NCBI GenBank assembly: GCA_965197745.1
Contig: CBDANS010000007.1
Span: 1,056,001 to 1,120,000, forward strand
Source of the DNA: Opitutales bacterium
GTDB taxonomy: Bacteria > Verrucomicrobiota > Verrucomicrobiia > Opitutales > PNEW01
Length of the DNA: 64,000 nt
Reading direction: 5' to 3'
Shown here: positions 9,041 through 19,028 of the stretch, one piece after another
Layout of the letters: the number at the start of each line of letters is the position of its first letter
How positions within the stretch are numbered: position 1 is the first letter of the stretch
Program-made: the position numbers and the translations under genes
The notes under the pieces: generated by a model
Databases searched by the model: none
What the model saw: only the letters and a program-made list of their open reading frames with translations
What the model was told of the DNA's origin: nothing

Positions 9041-10327
9041 TCAATCTAATGGTTTAAATGCGACAACCGATTGCTCTGCATTTGCCGGGAGAATTGAGAA
9101 ATATTTTTCCCCCTCTGTTCTGCTAGCAAGACTCCGGTAATGATCAAACAGTACCTGGTCACTCGAACGATGGCCCAGCATCGCTGCTGTCTTGCTTGAA
9201 TCACTGGTCAGGGCATAATAGTAGCTGCCGAAGCTGTGGCGCATCGCATTGCTGTAGTTTCCCCCCCAATGGGGAAAGCCCGCTTGTTTGGTTAACTTAG
9301 CAAAGTTTATGTATGAATTTGCGGGTGCAACTTTACCCTTTTTATTATGACATAGCTGCAACCATGCCACACAATTGTCCATAAGATCCATGACTCTTAA
9401 CTGGCGCTTTTTAGCTATCTGTGGGCCAACCGTCAGTAACTTGCGCTCCAGATCAATAACCGACCAGTCAAGCCGGTAAATCTCAGTGCTCCTTAACCCT
9501 GCGAACAGCCCTAGTGCCACCAATGGGAGCAGCCCCATATCTTCATCTGTCTTTGCCGCATGCAAAACCAAATCTTCTGCTTGAGTGACTTTGAGAATGA
9601 CAGGGGGCTTCCAGTCTATTTTTGGGATTGGAATTTTCTTCACGGGGTTATCGACCCGAAATCCCTTGTTCACCGCATAGTTAAAAAAGCTGCTTAAGCA
9701 TAAGCGGTAGTTTATAATGCTTCTCACAGAGAGATCGGTAAAGTTATTGAGCCACTCCTCTATTTCCGTTTGAGAAATCTCCTTGACCACTCGGCTCCCA
9801 AAGTTTCTAGAGAAGATTCCCAGCCGGGAGCGGATATCATTTATGGAGCGCGAGCGCAGATTCCGGTTTTCTTTTTCCTCAATCAATGTTGCCGTTAATT
9901 CCAGAACCGTAATATCACCGGCAGGGGGATTCAAATGCAGCTTGGCAAACTCCGCTGCCTGCAAGAGGGTAATGTCGAAACCTTCCAGTATTTCGAATGC
10001 GTTGAAAGCGTCCTTGGACTGGTACCCGGTCAGGTTATAATGATGCTGCCCGTGTTGAAGCAATTGTTCGTGTTGTTCTTTTGCCCAGGCAAAAGCGACC
10101 TCTTTATCCTTGAACTGTCTTCTCATTCGCTTGCCCGCGAACTTCGCGGGAATCAAAACCTGGTAGGAAAATCCGTAATCATCGCCAGCGGTTCGATTGA
10201 TAACTTCCCTGATTGTGATAGCACTTTTTTTAGGGTGCTCCCAGCTATTAAGGGGACTCGATTTTTTACGTTTTCCTTTAGTTGCCTCCATCAAGCAAAC
10301 TAATGCCTCAATCAGGTTTACTTGCAA
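9041..10327 (-). CDS. tyrosine recombinase/phage integrase (copy 1)
   Basis: GLRSTE, AKKR, NAMRHSFGSY, LGH and DHY catalytic motifs; SAM-like core-binding domain. The true start may be the ATG of MEATKG. Confidence 0.95.
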   Translation of the reverse strand: MQVNLIEALVCLMEATKGKRKKSSPLNSWEHPKKSAITIREVINRTAGDDYGFSYQVLIPAKFAGKRMRRQFKDKEVAFAWAKEQHEQLLQHGQHHYNLTGYQSKDAFNAFEILEGFDITLLQAAEFAKLHLNPPAGDITVLELTATLIEEKENRNLRSRSINDIRSRLGIFSRNFGSRVVKEISQTEIEEWLNNFTDLSVRSIINYRLCLSSFFNYAVNKGFRVDNPVKKIPIPKIDWKPPVILKVTQAEDLVLHAAKTDEDMGLLPLVALGLFAGLRSTEIYRLDWSVIDLERKLLTVGPQIAKKRQLRVMDLMDNCVAWLQLCHNKKGKVAPANSYINFAKLTKQAGFPHWGGNYSNAMRHSFGSYYYALTSDSSKTAAMLGHRSSDQVLFDHYRSLASRTEGEKYFSILPANAEQSVVAFKPLD

Positions 10328-10396
10328 GCTTTATTGACAATAATAATACAGGAACATTACAAGTCATTGATATATTTATATATAAACGATTCGATG

Positions 10397-11412
10397 ATCC
10401 GTTCTGCCAAGGGCTTGCTGGTTCGATATAGAGGGTATTGATTTTCATCGCAGTTAGCCAGGCTCTCAATTCACTTCCAATAAATGGCTTCGCATGTCGT
10501 CGCTTCGCTCCTCGGAACCGATCCATTGTCGCTGCGAATATATTGTGGCGGCCCATGACGGTCGAGCAGTTTTTGCATGACCCCGCGCACCTTCTGCGCA
10601 TTGATATGGCGATCGACATGGATCACCCGACACTCGCGGGTGTACTCGTCGAGGACGGTCAGCATTTTGAGATTCCCACCGCGAGCCGTCTTATCGTGGA
10701 TAAAATCCCAGGTCCAAACAGGGTCGGGATGTTCGGCCTTGGTCGGCAGCCCGGTGGAGATACCCCGGCGCCGACCTCTTGGCTTGCGTGGGGGGATCGC
10801 CAGACCCAGTTCACGTCGCAGACCTTGCACGAGACGTTTACCCACCTGCCAGCCTTCGTCCTTCAACAGCTTCGTGATCTTCGGATAGCCCCACCTCGCC
10901 TATTGCCGTGATAACCGCCTTACTGCCGCCTTCAGTTTCGTTAGCCAGGCATCCGGATACTTCGCCCGATACGCATAGGTGGAGCGGTGCAGGTGAAAGT
11001 ATCGGCACGCTCCACGCATCGAACACTGGCCCCGGGCCACAAGTCTCTCTGCCACTTGCCGCTTGTGCCCAGGGCTTACCGTTTTTTTTCGAGGGTCTCC
11101 TGCACAATCTCTATCCCCAGCAGCTTGTCCGCCAGCATCCGCTTTAACCGCGCGTTCTCCTTCAAAGAGTTCCTTCATCCGCTTGGCCTGGTTGACATCG
11201 ATCATTCCAAACTCACCCTTCCAGTGGAGGAAGCTCAGTTCGCTTAGGTTGTTCTCACGGCATCCTCTTCCTGGGTCGATTTGCCTCTGTCTGCTTGCCG
11301 CAATATACGTATCTTCTCTTCGGTTGTGTATCTTTTATCTTTCATTGTCTAAGTCCTTTTTAGGTGGCCCAGACCAACTTTTCAAGTGTCACAGTTTCCG
11401 TGGTCACGACCA
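10397..11412 (-). mobile_element. IS3-family element, truncated copy 2
   Basis: Homologous to copies 1 and 3; IR TGGTCGTGACCACGGAAACTG at 11412; the other end is lost after the PWQNG codons. Confidence 0.85.
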
Positions 11413-11677
11413 ATAATATCCCTAGAACTAATATTATATGCATACTTAGAGGTAATATATTACCGATTACTTCTTTCACTTCCATTGTAATTTTCCTTTC
11501 TGTTATTTGTTTATCTGAATTGTGACTTTTGTATATAATTCCCTAATTTAGCTTAATTTCTCGTTCTCATTGGATCATGGTCCAAACTCAACAAATTGGT
11601 TCAACCGGACTTGTTTGACGAATGGAAGCAAGCTTCACGTTTGGTCTGGCTGAAATCGAAAGCGGATATAGGCGGAC

Positions 11678-13885
11678 TCACTGCTGGCGGGGCAGAGTTT
11701 CCGCGATAGCTGGCGATGAGGTCGTGGGTAGCTCGATGATCATCTCGGTAAATGCAGCGGGTTCGGATTCCACTAGTATGCTTCCCCCGTGTTCGCGTAC
11801 GATATCATTGGAGAGGGCAAGGCCCAGCCCGGTGCCCTGATTCGTCGGCTTGGTCGTGAAGAACGGGGTAAATATCTTCTTGATGACATCGGGCTTTATT
11901 CCGTTTCCATTGTCGCGAATGCGGATTTGGATACAGTCCGTCATGCGCCGGGTGGTGAGCCGCAGAATGGGCTCGTAGTGCACGGTCTTTTTCCCTTCGG
12001 TGGCGGACGAATCGGGAGACTTGCCGTTACCCGCCTCGACGGCGCGCCGCTTCTCGTCAGTGGCATAACAGGCGTTGCTCGCCATGTTCAGGAACACCCG
12101 GCCCAGTTTCTGTTGAATGACGTCGAGTTCCCCCACCTCAGAGTCAAAGTCCTCTTCGATTTTCAGGCAGAATGTCGGGTCAGTGACCCGGGCGCTGTGG
12201 TAGGCAAACAGGGTGTGTTTGGAGAGCAGGGCGTTGATATCCGTCGGCTGCCGCTCGCCAGAGTGCCTACCCATCATAAGCATGCTTTGTACGATCTGGT
12301 TGGCCCGTTCGCCGTGCTCGTGGATGCGCTTGAGGTTGTCGGTAAGATCGCCACTGATCTCGTCGATCAGCTCGCGGCTTTCTTCACCGCCTTCACCAGT
12401 GGATTTTGGGATCTCCTCCAGTAGTTCTTCCAGTAGTTCCTCCGAAACCTCCGAAAAGTTCTTAATAAAATTCAGCGGGTTCTTGATCTCGTGGGCGACG
12501 CCAGCGGTCAATTCGCCGAGCGACGCTAGTTTTTCACGCATGATGAGTTGGTCCTGAGCCCGTTCCAGGTCGGCCAGTGCGCCCGCGAGTTGATCGTTCT
12601 TGCCCTTGAGCTCTTCGGCTAGCTTTTCCACCATATTCAGCCGTTGGACTTCCAATGCGTGGCGGCGAAAGACCTCAAGTGCCGCAGCCATATCCGCTAT
12701 CTCATCGTTCCCACTGATATCGACGGTTGCCTCCAAGTCACCCTTAGCCATGCGGCGCATTCGATCCGACAGCTGTCCAAGCCGACGTGACAGCACCCGG
12801 CCGACATACAGCCAAGCGATCAGTACCGCTCCGACGACGCTGATGACGCTCAACGCGAACAAGAGATTGCGTCCGGTAAGGATCGTTCGAGCGGATGTGA
12901 GGGAGGCATCCCGTACGCTTGCGTGAGCCGCACTTACCAGGCTTTCGACCTCGGACACGAGTTCTATGGCAAGAACACGATTATGGGTAAGCAAGTCTCT
13001 CTGGTACTGGTCAAGCGCGAGTTCCCGTGAGCGGAGGTTGAAACCACCCTCCGGCCCAATGCCCAACTCAATCAACCGGGTGAAGAGAGGCGAGAGTTTC
13101 TGGCGCATCGCTGTTGATCCGAGTATGGACAGGCGCCGCTCGATACCGGAGGCGGTGGACTCGAAGCGCTCCCGCAGCGGTTCTAGCAGGGGGATGTCCG
13201 AGACATTGAAGGCGGTTGCCAGAATCTGATCCCCAATGGTGGCATCAGCCTGTAACTCGGCAAGGTGGCGATAGCGATTGAACTCCGCTTGCGAGAAATG
13301 CTGTGCTCGGGGTGCGGGCATATCGTTAAGGTTGTCGTAGCCCGTCATTGCATAGAACAATTGATCGTCAATCGATGGAATCAGGATGTTGGTCAACTTG
13401 CTGCGCAGCGCCGCCAGTTCTCTGCGCAGCGCCTGTTGCAGGTTGGTCAGCGCGAAGTGTCCCTCCACCGAATCCTCAATGGCTTTGATGTTTGTAATCA
13501 GAGCATCACCCCGCGCACGGATGCGCTTTGAGCGTTTCGCTTCCCCGCCTTTCCGTGTCAATGCGGCCAACTGCGTCTCGAAGGCCTTTCGATCCTCGTC
13601 GATTTTTCCAACGACGCGGGCCAAGTCCTCCGGCGACACAGCGGTAGTCAAGCGCAACGCGGCGTCTACGAGAGCGCCGCTTTGTTGCGCGGTACCAAAG
13701 GCGGCCGCCATCTTCGGGACACTATCCTCGTTCACGCGGCTCTGGACATCACCCACCCGGGCGAAGGATACCCAACCGACCAGACTGGCGACGATGGTGA
13801 GGGCAACTCCGCCGCCGATACCTATATAGAGCTGCGTCGAGATTAGGAAACGGCTTTCAAATAGGCGTTTAAGTAGGTCTTTCAC
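11678..13885 (-). CDS. membrane sensor histidine kinase (large periplasmic sensor, HAMP, HisKA, HATPase)
   Basis: Two TM segments, HAMP (DEIADMA), H-box GVAHEIKNPL, DNGNGI, FFTTK and GTGLGL. Confidence 0.95.
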   Translation of the reverse strand: MKDLLKRLFESRFLISTQLYIGIGGGVALTIVASLVGWVSFARVGDVQSRVNEDSVPKMAAAFGTAQQSGALVDAALRLTTAVSPEDLARVVGKIDEDRKAFETQLAALTRKGGEAKRSKRIRARGDALITNIKAIEDSVEGHFALTNLQQALRRELAALRSKLTNILIPSIDDQLFYAMTGYDNLNDMPAPRAQHFSQAEFNRYRHLAELQADATIGDQILATAFNVSDIPLLEPLRERFESTASGIERRLSILGSTAMRQKLSPLFTRLIELGIGPEGGFNLRSRELALDQYQRDLLTHNRVLAIELVSEVESLVSAAHASVRDASLTSARTILTGRNLLFALSVISVVGAVLIAWLYVGRVLSRRLGQLSDRMRRMAKGDLEATVDISGNDEIADMAAALEVFRRHALEVQRLNMVEKLAEELKGKNDQLAGALADLERAQDQLIMREKLASLGELTAGVAHEIKNPLNFIKNFSEVSEELLEELLEEIPKSTGEGGEESRELIDEISGDLTDNLKRIHEHGERANQIVQSMLMMGRHSGERQPTDINALLSKHTLFAYHSARVTDPTFCLKIEEDFDSEVGELDVIQQKLGRVFLNMASNACYATDEKRRAVEAGNGKSPDSSATEGKKTVHYEPILRLTTRRMTDCIQIRIRDNGNGIKPDVIKKIFTPFFTTKPTNQGTGLGLALSNDIVREHGGSILVESEPAAFTEMIIELPTTSSPAIAETLPRQQ

Positions 13886-15063
13886 GGGTGTGCCGAATCC
13901 CGGAGTGTCTTGATCGGGTAGTAGCGACCATCTGCGCCGATGACAGTGAGGAAAACCGCGTCCGAACCTTGGTTGTCGTTGTCGCTATAGTGGAGCTTGA
14001 ACCCGTCGAGGTCAATGATATCGACGCGGCGCAGACTATCGAGAAAACATGCCCGGTCAGGCTCTCGTCCGCAGAGTTCAAGGGCGACAATAGCCAGACG
14101 GCCGGCCAAGTAGCCTTCGAAAGAGACAAAGCCGGGAAGTGCGCTGGGGGCATGAGTTTTTAGGGCCCGGCGGTAAGCCGCCGCGATGGAGGGTTCATCC
14201 GCTGTCGGGAAGGGCACCACCTGTGTGACAAAGACTCCAGTGCCGTCGGGGCCGAGTTCTCGGATCAACGCGTTGCTGCCTACGAAGGATATTGTTATAA
14301 AAGCCGGTTCGAACTTGATGTGTCGCGCCCAGGCGATCAGGGCCGCGACTGGCTGATAAGCCCCGACCAGAATCACTGCTTCAGGATCTCCGTCGCGCAG
14401 ATCCAAGAGGGCCGTTTTTACGGCCGTGGTATTGCGCGGGTACACCCCGATTGCCGCCGGTTTCAGATCGCGCCTCCCGAGGGCGCGGCGAACGCCGCGG
14501 TAGCCTGCCCGACCAAAGGAGTCGTCCTGATACAACACTGCGATGCGGTAGATACCCAGGTCACTGATTATACGGGCTACCATTTCCTCGGTTTCTTGGA
14601 AGTAAGAGGCGCGCAGATTTATCACATTTCGCCACTTCGCTTCGCGAAGGAAAGCGGCTCCGGTAAATGGCGCGATATATGGAACGTCTGCAATCGCGGC
14701 GACCGGAGCAGCGGAGCGTGATGTCGGTGTTCCAACGGCTCCTATCAATGCAAAGACCTCTTCCTCCTCGATCAGCCGACGGGTGTTGGCGATAGCGGCT
14801 TCCGGTTCGTACGCATCGTCGAGGGAAAGAAGCTCAATCCGGCGCCCATGGACGCCACCCCGCCCATTTACCTCCCGGAAAGCCGCGTCGATACCGAGCC
14901 GCATGTTTTTGCCGAGATCCTGAGCGGGGCCGGTGAAGGCGGCGGACTGGCCGAAAAGGATACGTTGGGCGGAAACCCCGAACTCACCGGAGATCGGCGT
15001 GTTGCCCGCGCTGAGTACCGCGACAAGCAGAAAGGCTCCGTACCGCGGCAGCGACCCCTTCAT
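13882..15063 (-). CDS. periplasmic binding protein (branched-chain amino acid/LivJ-like, Peripla_BP_6)
   Basis: Signal peptide; N.RGGVHGRRIEL…DDAYEP and GAVGTPT motifs. Confidence 0.9.
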   Translation of the reverse strand: MKGSLPRYGAFLLVAVLSAGNTPISGEFGVSAQRILFGQSAAFTGPAQDLGKNMRLGIDAAFREVNGRGGVHGRRIELLSLDDAYEPEAAIANTRRLIEEEEVFALIGAVGTPTSRSAAPVAAIADVPYIAPFTGAAFLREAKWRNVINLRASYFQETEEMVARIISDLGIYRIAVLYQDDSFGRAGYRGVRRALGRRDLKPAAIGVYPRNTTAVKTALLDLRDGDPEAVILVGAYQPVAALIAWARHIKFEPAFITISFVGSNALIRELGPDGTGVFVTQVVPFPTADEPSIAAAYRRALKTHAPSALPGFVSFEGYLAGRLAIVALELCGREPDRACFLDSLRRVDIIDLDGFKLHYSDNDNQGSDAVFLTVIGADGRYYPIKTLRDSAHP

Positions 15064-15497
15064 CCGTTCCTCCGCTTAATTAAGGTTAGAAGGTTCTTGC
15101 CGCTCTCCCGCCGATAGTGCACCTCATCCATCAGGGTGCGCACCAGATGGATGCCGAGCCCGCCCACGGGGCGGTCTTCGAGAGACGCGTTGATATCGGG
15201 TGGGGGAGTATCGGTCAGTGGATTGAACGCACGGGCGTCGTCGGTGATCTCAACGGTGATTGTATCCATGTCCGAGACGATCTGGATTTCGACCTCGTGG
15301 GGGCCATCGTCGCCGTGCCCATGATTCACGATGTTGATGCCTATCTCCTCGAACACGAGCTTAACCTGAAATTCGAGCTCGGGGGACCAGCTCTCCGTCC
15401 GCGCGAACTCTTCGATCGATTCGTCGATTCGTCGAAGCTCGTCGAGCGTCGTTTCCATGCGAAGTGATAACTTGGCGCTCATATGTCCCCTCCGCAT
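15060..15497 (-). CDS. anti-sigma factor Ser/Thr kinase (RsbW-like)
   Basis: EEIGINIVNHG, DDARAFNP and GGLGIHLV motifs. Confidence 0.9.
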   Translation of the reverse strand: MRRGHMSAKLSLRMETTLDELRRIDESIEEFARTESWSPELEFQVKLVFEEIGINIVNHGHGDDGPHEVEIQIVSDMDTITVEITDDARAFNPLTDTPPPDINASLEDRPVGGLGIHLVRTLMDEVHYRRESGKNLLTLIKRRNG

Positions 15498-16678
15498 CGG
15501 TGAAGCGTCAAACAGGTGATGTCGTCGAATTGGGGAGCGTCGTCGGCGAACGATTTCACCGCCTGGAAGACAGCAGTGGTGATGTCGTGGGCGTCCCCCG
15601 GCGGCAAACCGGCGAAGACCTCGCGCAGACGGTCGATCCCAAACTGCTCGCTCGCGTTGTTCTCCGCCTCGGTTACGCCGTCGGTATAGAGCACCACCGT
15701 GTCGCCCGGCGATAGACTCATGACACGCTTACCGTAGGGAAGATCCGGAGCGACCCCGAGGGCAATCCCGCCGGTCAACGGCAACAGCGTCGAGGTTCCA
15801 GCGGCGTTAAAGATGATTGGAGGATTATGTCCTCCGTTGACGTAAACTAGTTCATCACTCGCGGGATCGAAAACCGCCAGGAAGACGGTGACGAACATCA
15901 AGGAGTCGTTGTTCTCACAGAGCAAATGATTGGCCTGGCGTAGTATTTCGCTCGGATCTGAATGGCTAACGGCGGCCCCTTTGATCAGCGTGCAGATGGA
16001 CATCATGAAAAGGGCGGCGGGGACGCCCTTGCCCGAGACGTCAGCCACAACGAGGCCGATACGCCCGTCAGGCAAGCGCAAAACGTCGAAAAAGTCGCCG
16101 CCCACATCGCGAGCTGGCTCCATGCTCGCGAATACCTGATAGTCTGTGGCCTCGGGAAATTTAGTTGGCAGAATCGACTGCTGCATTCTGTTGGCTATGT
16201 CGAGCTCGTTCTCCAGTGCGACCAGTTTGTCTCGAGCCTCAAGGGCCGCACGCCACTGGGCGAGGTGTTCAAGGGTCCGTCTGATGGTTAACTGCAGATC
16301 TTCGAAGTCGATCGGCTTGATGACGAAGTCGAAGGCACCCCGGTTCATCGCCATGCGGATGTTCTCCATATCGCCATAAGCCGAGACCACCACTGCATGG
16401 ATATCGGGGTTGACGGTCGGGATTTGCTCGAGAAGTGTGAGCCCGTCCATTTCGGGCATGTTGATGTCGGAGAGGACCATACCGATATTCTGGTCCTTAT
16501 TCAGCCGATCAAGCGCCTCTACACCATTTCGGGCGAACACGAACTCATACAAGCCTCTACGAATCTCGCGGCGCATACGCTGGCGCACGAGTTGTTCCAG
16601 ATCTGGCTCGTCGTCGACTACCAAAATCTTGTGGGGCTCTTGCATTATCACTTCTTCTGATTTTCCCTCACACCGCAT
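15479..16678 (-). CDS. REC-PP2C phosphatase (RsbU/SpoIIE-like)
   Basis: REC domain (VVDD, SDINMP, KP) plus GGDFFD, ADVSGKG, YTDGVTE and FDDIT. Confidence 0.93.
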   Translation of the reverse strand: MRCEGKSEEVIMQEPHKILVVDDEPDLEQLVRQRMRREIRRGLYEFVFARNGVEALDRLNKDQNIGMVLSDINMPEMDGLTLLEQIPTVNPDIHAVVVSAYGDMENIRMAMNRGAFDFVIKPIDFEDLQLTIRRTLEHLAQWRAALEARDKLVALENELDIANRMQQSILPTKFPEATDYQVFASMEPARDVGGDFFDVLRLPDGRIGLVVADVSGKGVPAALFMMSICTLIKGAAVSHSDPSEILRQANHLLCENNDSLMFVTVFLAVFDPASDELVYVNGGHNPPIIFNAAGTSTLLPLTGGIALGVAPDLPYGKRVMSLSPGDTVVLYTDGVTEAENNASEQFGIDRLREVFAGLPPGDAHDITTAVFQAVKSFADDAPQFDDITCLTLHRCGGDI

Positions 16679-16728
16679 ATAGTATACTATCCGGTCTCAA
16701 TCGACAAAAGCAGCCCCCTCGATTCACG

Positions 16729-17106
16729 TCAAACGCTGGGAGGCGGTTTTGTAATAGATTTCTGATCAAGGGAGGCGAGCACCTTGGCTCGGGATTCAAA
16801 GATTGCAATGATCTGGTCGAACCCGCTGATCTCAAAAATTTCCTTGATCGAATCCGACAGAGAATAGAGAGCAAACTTGATGTTCTGTTTCCCAAAAGTC
16901 TTGGCAATCAAGAGGACCGCCCGAAGGCCTGCGCTGCTGATGTAGGTAATCTTTTCAAAGTCGATTATCACGGTATAATCATTTTCCGTAATTGAGGTTC
17001 TGACCGCCTCCTCGAACTCACGTGCATTGGCGCCATCAATGCGCCCCTCCACCCTGATGGTCAAGATGGTGTCTTGTCGTTCAGATTTCAACTGCATCGC
17101 TGTCAT
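16729..17106 (-). CDS. STAS anti-sigma factor antagonist (RsbV-like)
   Basis: GRID…YISSAGLR…EIFEISGF. Confidence 0.92.
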   Translation of the reverse strand: MTAMQLKSERQDTILTIRVEGRIDGANAREFEEAVRTSITENDYTVIIDFEKITYISSAGLRAVLLIAKTFGKQNIKFALYSLSDSIKEIFEISGFDQIIAIFESRAKVLASLDQKSITKPPPSV

Positions 17107-17276
17107 CTCCTAAGTTTGTTCATGCCCCCAACTATATTTCCACTTGCACGGTGATTATACTTTGAAACACACTTCTATAATGTAGGGTAGAATATAATTT
17201 GCAACTATAGTGGTAATGTTGCCTATATCAAGGTTTTTTGACAGCGCCCGCTATCTGAAAAGATCATATTAAATGC

Positions 17277-18662
17277 TTATTTGTCCTCCTCCGGCATCAG
17301 AACGAATTCAGGGTAGGCTTCTATACCCAGTTCCCCCACGTCTTGGCCAAGGCCCTCGATAGACGGTGCGATCCGGGCTCCCAGAGTTTTATCGATGATT
17401 AGCCAGACAAGTAACGAAGTGAAAAATGTAAAGGCCCCGATGGCTGCGATGCCGACAATCTGCACTAGGAAATTACCACCGGCCGCAATACAGGTCGCAA
17501 GCGTTCCCCAGATGCCTGTAAAAAGATGGGCTGGAACCGCACCGACCACGTCATCAATCTTTAAGCTCTCCATCACTTTTATCCCGATGAAGCAAATCGC
17601 TCCGCCCACTGCCCGAATGATAACAGCCCAGTAGTGCACGACAATGTCGGGGGCTGCGGTGATCGCGACAAGACCGGCGATTACACCGTTCAGGCCCGCG
17701 AACAGGTCGACGCGTCCTAAAATGGGCCGCGACAAGCAGATCGCGGTCATAACCCCCGCTGCCGCCGCGAGATTGTTGTTGGCAAAAATATTGCTTATAG
17801 CCACGGCATCTGCCGCGCCGCTCATGGCAAGTTGCGAGCCTCCATTGAAACCAAACCAGCCCATCCAGAGGATGAAGACGCCGAGCATCACGATGGGCAC
17901 ATTCGAGGGCGGTGTCATCTTCACGGTGCCATCGGCGCGAAATTTGCCTTTCCGTGCCCCAATAACGATGGTCCCTGCGAGCGCCGCCCAACCACCGGTA
18001 GAGTGTACGATTGTCGATCCGGCAAAATCCTTGAATCCCATTTCGGAGAACCATCCGCCGCCCCATGTCCAGGCACCAACGACCGGGTAAATGATTGTCG
18101 TCAACAATGTGATGAAGATGAAAAAAGACCATAGCTTCACTCGTTCGGCCAGGGTCCCGGACACGATCGACGCGGTCGTCGCTACGAACACCATCTGGAA
18201 AAACCAGTTCGCCATTGTGGATTTACCGCTCCTTAAGACGGCCTCAGCGGCGGCATCGTTTCCAGACAGCAACGCAATCTCCTCTCCTGTCGGCCCATAC
18301 AGGAACTTGAACGACCCGAACCAGTCGTCGACATACATGATATTGTAGCCAACTAGGTAGAAGGTAAGTCCCGCGATGGAATAGAGCCCGACATTCTTCA
18401 GACAGATCATTGATGCGTTCTTGGTGCGCACGGAACCCGCTTCGAGCATGGTGAAGCCCGCGCACATCCACATTATCAGAACCCCCCATACTAGGAGCAT
18501 GAAGCTGTTCAGAACGAATTGCGTTTCGCGATCAACGGCTGCGTACGCGTCCGTTGGGGAAATCAACAGAAAGAGAATGGCTGCAACGGCGACGAATCTG
18601 GCCGTATGCCAGCAGTGCGCACCAAGACAGGCACCAAATAATCCGGTTTCGTTTCTACTCAC
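17277..18662 (-). CDS. amtB: ammonium transporter (Amt family)
   Basis: FFQMVF, SGTLAER, DFAGSTIVH, GWFGFNGGS and DDVVGAVPAH motifs. Confidence 0.93.
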   Translation of the reverse strand: MSRNETGLFGACLGAHCWHTARFVAVAAILFLLISPTDAYAAVDRETQFVLNSFMLLVWGVLIMWMCAGFTMLEAGSVRTKNASMICLKNVGLYSIAGLTFYLVGYNIMYVDDWFGSFKFLYGPTGEEIALLSGNDAAAEAVLRSGKSTMANWFFQMVFVATTASIVSGTLAERVKLWSFFIFITLLTTIIYPVVGAWTWGGGWFSEMGFKDFAGSTIVHSTGGWAALAGTIVIGARKGKFRADGTVKMTPPSNVPIVMLGVFILWMGWFGFNGGSQLAMSGAADAVAISNIFANNNLAAAAGVMTAICLSRPILGRVDLFAGLNGVIAGLVAITAAPDIVVHYWAVIIRAVGGAICFIGIKVMESLKIDDVVGAVPAHLFTGIWGTLATCIAAGGNFLVQIVGIAAIGAFTFFTSLLVWLIIDKTLGARIAPSIEGLGQDVGELGIEAYPEFVLMPEEDK

Positions 18663-19028
18663 TTCCCTCTTACCTCCCAGGTATCTTTTGATCCAAGGGT
18701 TTCACGAAAGACTGAAACCACCAAAGAGCATACCACCCTGCTCCAAACAGGTGATCTAGGCTCATTTTCAGGTGTTGTTAAGGTGATCATGCAAGGCTTC
18801 TGCATCAATCCATTTATAAAATAATATTAACTGGATTTATGCTATTATTACATGCACATCCCAGCTATAAGTCAATGTCATTCTTGATCCGTTTATTGGT
18901 TCGAAAAATCTGGCGATCGTCCATCCCGGACGCGTCAGCAACGGCGACAAGGGTACCATTCGGGCATGTGGTCCTGGGTATCCTTCGGCCGCTTATCTAG
19001 TCAGCAAACACCGACGGGCCGAGCGCAT

